Shown here in pieces: positions 61,551 through 64,000 of a stretch of DNA of 64,000 nucleotides. The notes under the pieces are model-generated. The model was not told where the DNA came from. It did no database searches and saw only the letters and a list, made by a program, of their open reading frames with translations. The DNA is taken from positions 101,558,001 through 101,622,000 of the forward strand of contig NW_024704743.1 of the NCBI RefSeq assembly GCF_018977255.1, written 5' to 3'. Each line of letters begins with the position of its first letter. Positions within the stretch are counted from its first letter, which is position 1. The stretch is from Callorhinchus milii. Lineage: Eukaryota. Position numbers and translations under genes: made by a program.

Positions 61551-64000
61551 TTAGAATCATAGAATTATACAGCACAAAAGGAGGCCATTTGGACCATCGT
61601 GTCGTGCCAGCTGTTTGAAAAGAGTTACCAAATCAAACCCATTCCCCCGCTCTCTTCCCATAACCCTGTAAACTTGTCCTTCCCAAATAATTATCTACTT
61701 CTCTATTAAAAGCTGTTATCGAATCGGCTTCCACCGCCCTTTCAGGCAATGCATTCCAGATCTGAACAACTCGCTGTGTGAAAAAATTTCTTCTCACCTC
61801 CACTCTGTTTCTTTCAACAACTATTTTAAAACAGTGTCCTCAGGTTACCGACCCACTGCCAGTGGAAATAATTTCTCCTTGTTCACCCTATCAAATCCCC
61901 TCATAATTTTGAAAACTTCGATTAAGTCTCCTCTTAACTTTCTCTGCTCCAAGGAGAATAATCGTAGCTTCTCTAGCCTCTCCTGATAACTGAAGTTCCT
62001 CAACCCTGGTACCATCCTGGTAAATCTCCTTTTTACCCTCTCCAATGCCTTGACATCTTTCCTAAAGTGCCCAGCACTAAGCATAATATTCTAGCTAAGG
62101 TCTAACCAGTGTTATATAAAGGTTCATCATAACTTCCTGACTTTTGCATTCTAGGCCCCTTTTGCATTCACCACCATTCTCTGCTTTCTGTCTCCCAGCC
62201 AGTTCTATATCCATGCTGCCACTGTCCCTTTAATACCGTGGCTTTTATTTTGCTTACAAGTCTCTTATGTGGCACTTTATCAAACGCCTTTTGAAAATCC
62301 ATATAAACTACATCAACTGCACTACCTTCATCCACCCTCTCTGTTACTTCATCAAAAAAACTCTATCAGGTTTGTTAGACATGATTTGCCTTTAACAAAT
62401 CTGGGTTGGCTGTTCTTTATTAACCCATATTTTTCTCAGGAAAAAATTATTTTGTCCTGGATTATAGTCGCTAGAAGTTTTCCCACTACTGATGTTAGGA
62501 TGACTGGCCTGTAGTTCTCCGATTTATCCTTCTGCCCCTTTTTGTACAGGGGAGTAACATTTGTAACCCTCCAGTCCTCTGACACCACCCCAGTGTCCAA
62601 GGAGGATTGAAAGATTGTGGTCAGAGCCTCCGTTATTTCCATCTTTACTTCCCTCAGTAACCTAGGATGCATCCCTTCCGGACCGGGTGACTTATCTACC
62701 TTAAACACCGACAACCATTTTAGTGCCTCCTCTCGGTTTTTTCTTATCTTATCCAATATCTCTACCCTCTCCTCTGATACTGTGGTATTGATTACATTTT
62801 CTTCTTCTGTGAAGACAGATACAAAGTATTCATTCAGTATGTCAGCCATGCCCTCTGCCTCCACAAGAAGATTTCCTCTTTGGTCACTAATTGGACCCAC
62901 CCTACCTTTGACTAACCCTTTATTCTTTATATGCTTATAAAATACCATAGGGTTCCCTTTTATGTTATCTGCTAATCTTTTCTCATACAATCTCTTTGCC
63001 CCTCTTATTTTCTTTTTCAGTTCTCCTCTGTACTTTCTATATTCTATTTGATTATCTTCTGTATTTTGCACCTGCCATTTATCATAAGCCTCCTTTTTAT
63101 GTTTTACTTTAATCCCAATTTCCTTAGTCATCCAGGGAGTTTTGGATGTCCTGCCTTTCCCCTTTGTGGGAATGTATTTGTTCTGTCCCTGAACTATTTC
63201 CTGCTTGAAGGTTTCCATTGCTCATTAGCTGTTTTACCTGACAATCTTTCTTTCCAGTCCACCTTGACTAGGTCGTTTTTTAACTCACTGAAATTGGCCC
63301 TCTTCCAGTTGAGTATCTTCACCTTTGATTGTTCCTTGTTCCTTTCCATAAGTACTCTAAACCTATTGATGTTGTGATCACTGTTGTCCAGATGCTCTCC
63401 TACTGAAACCTGCTCCACTTCATTCCCCAGAACTAGATCCAGCACAGCTTCCTTCCTCATTGGGCTGGAAACATACTGATCCAGAAAGTTATCCTGCACA
63501 CATTTCAGGAATCCTTCCCCCTCCTTGCCCTTTACACTGTTATTTTGTCAGTCTGTGTTAGGATAACTGAAGTCCCCCATTACCACTACTCTATTGGTTT
63601 TGCATCTTTCTGAAATCTGCTTGCAGATTTGCTGATCTATCTCCTTCCCACTATTTGGTGGTCTGTAATATATACTTAACAGAGTGCAGCTCCTTTTCTG
63701 CTCCTTAACCTTAACCAAATAGGTTCTGTTTCAGACCATTGCCTCTGTTTTTGGTCCCTTTCCTGGGCCGTATCCATGTCTTTAAACAATATTGTCACAC
63801 CCCACTCCATTTTTTACCTCCCTATCCCTCCTGAATATATTGTAGCCACAAATATTCCCATTCCTGCCCTTGTTTGAGCCAGATCTCCATTATTGCTACT
63901 GCATCATAAGCCCATGTGGCAACTTGAGCCTGCTGCTCATCAATCTTATTTGTCACACTCCGTGCATTTACACACTTGCACTACAAGACCGATTGAGTCT
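61551..64000 (-). mobile_element. CR1 LINE, duplicated copy in unit 2
   Basis: Same ORF2 fragments (61845-62084, 62436-63218, 63194-63499). Confidence 0.9.

Larger units (their letters stand above)
55293..64000. repeat. Tandem segmental duplication unit 2 (truncated by window end)
   Basis: Colinear with 40454-49389; lacks 213 bp corresponding to 42389-42601. Confidence 0.95.

Overview
Vertebrate genomic DNA, most likely a cartilaginous fish (inferred from the CR1/L2 LINE and Deu-type SINE landscape). The first half holds a complete RBBP8 (CtIP) gene on the + strand: 18 coding exons at 8728-34005, all GT-AG and phase-compatible, about 879 aa. A cluster of L2 LINE fragments follows (35.9-41.7 kb). 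From 40454 there is a ~14.8-kb tandem duplication (unit 1 40454-55292; unit 2 55293 to past the window end). Each unit carries a four-coding-exon gene on the - strand that the ORF track captures only in fragments. It encodes a 147-aa secreted protein with an LRAT/PLAAT-like (permuted NlpC/P60) His-His-Cys signature (SHSGV...WLIH...YSLLRDNCHH). The two copies are almost identical, introns included, except for one 54-nt patch in exon 2. That patch has 18 substitutions changing 13 of 19 codons, every changed codon altering the amino acid, just before the predicted catalytic His. This looks like a diversifying secreted thiol-enzyme array under concerted evolution.
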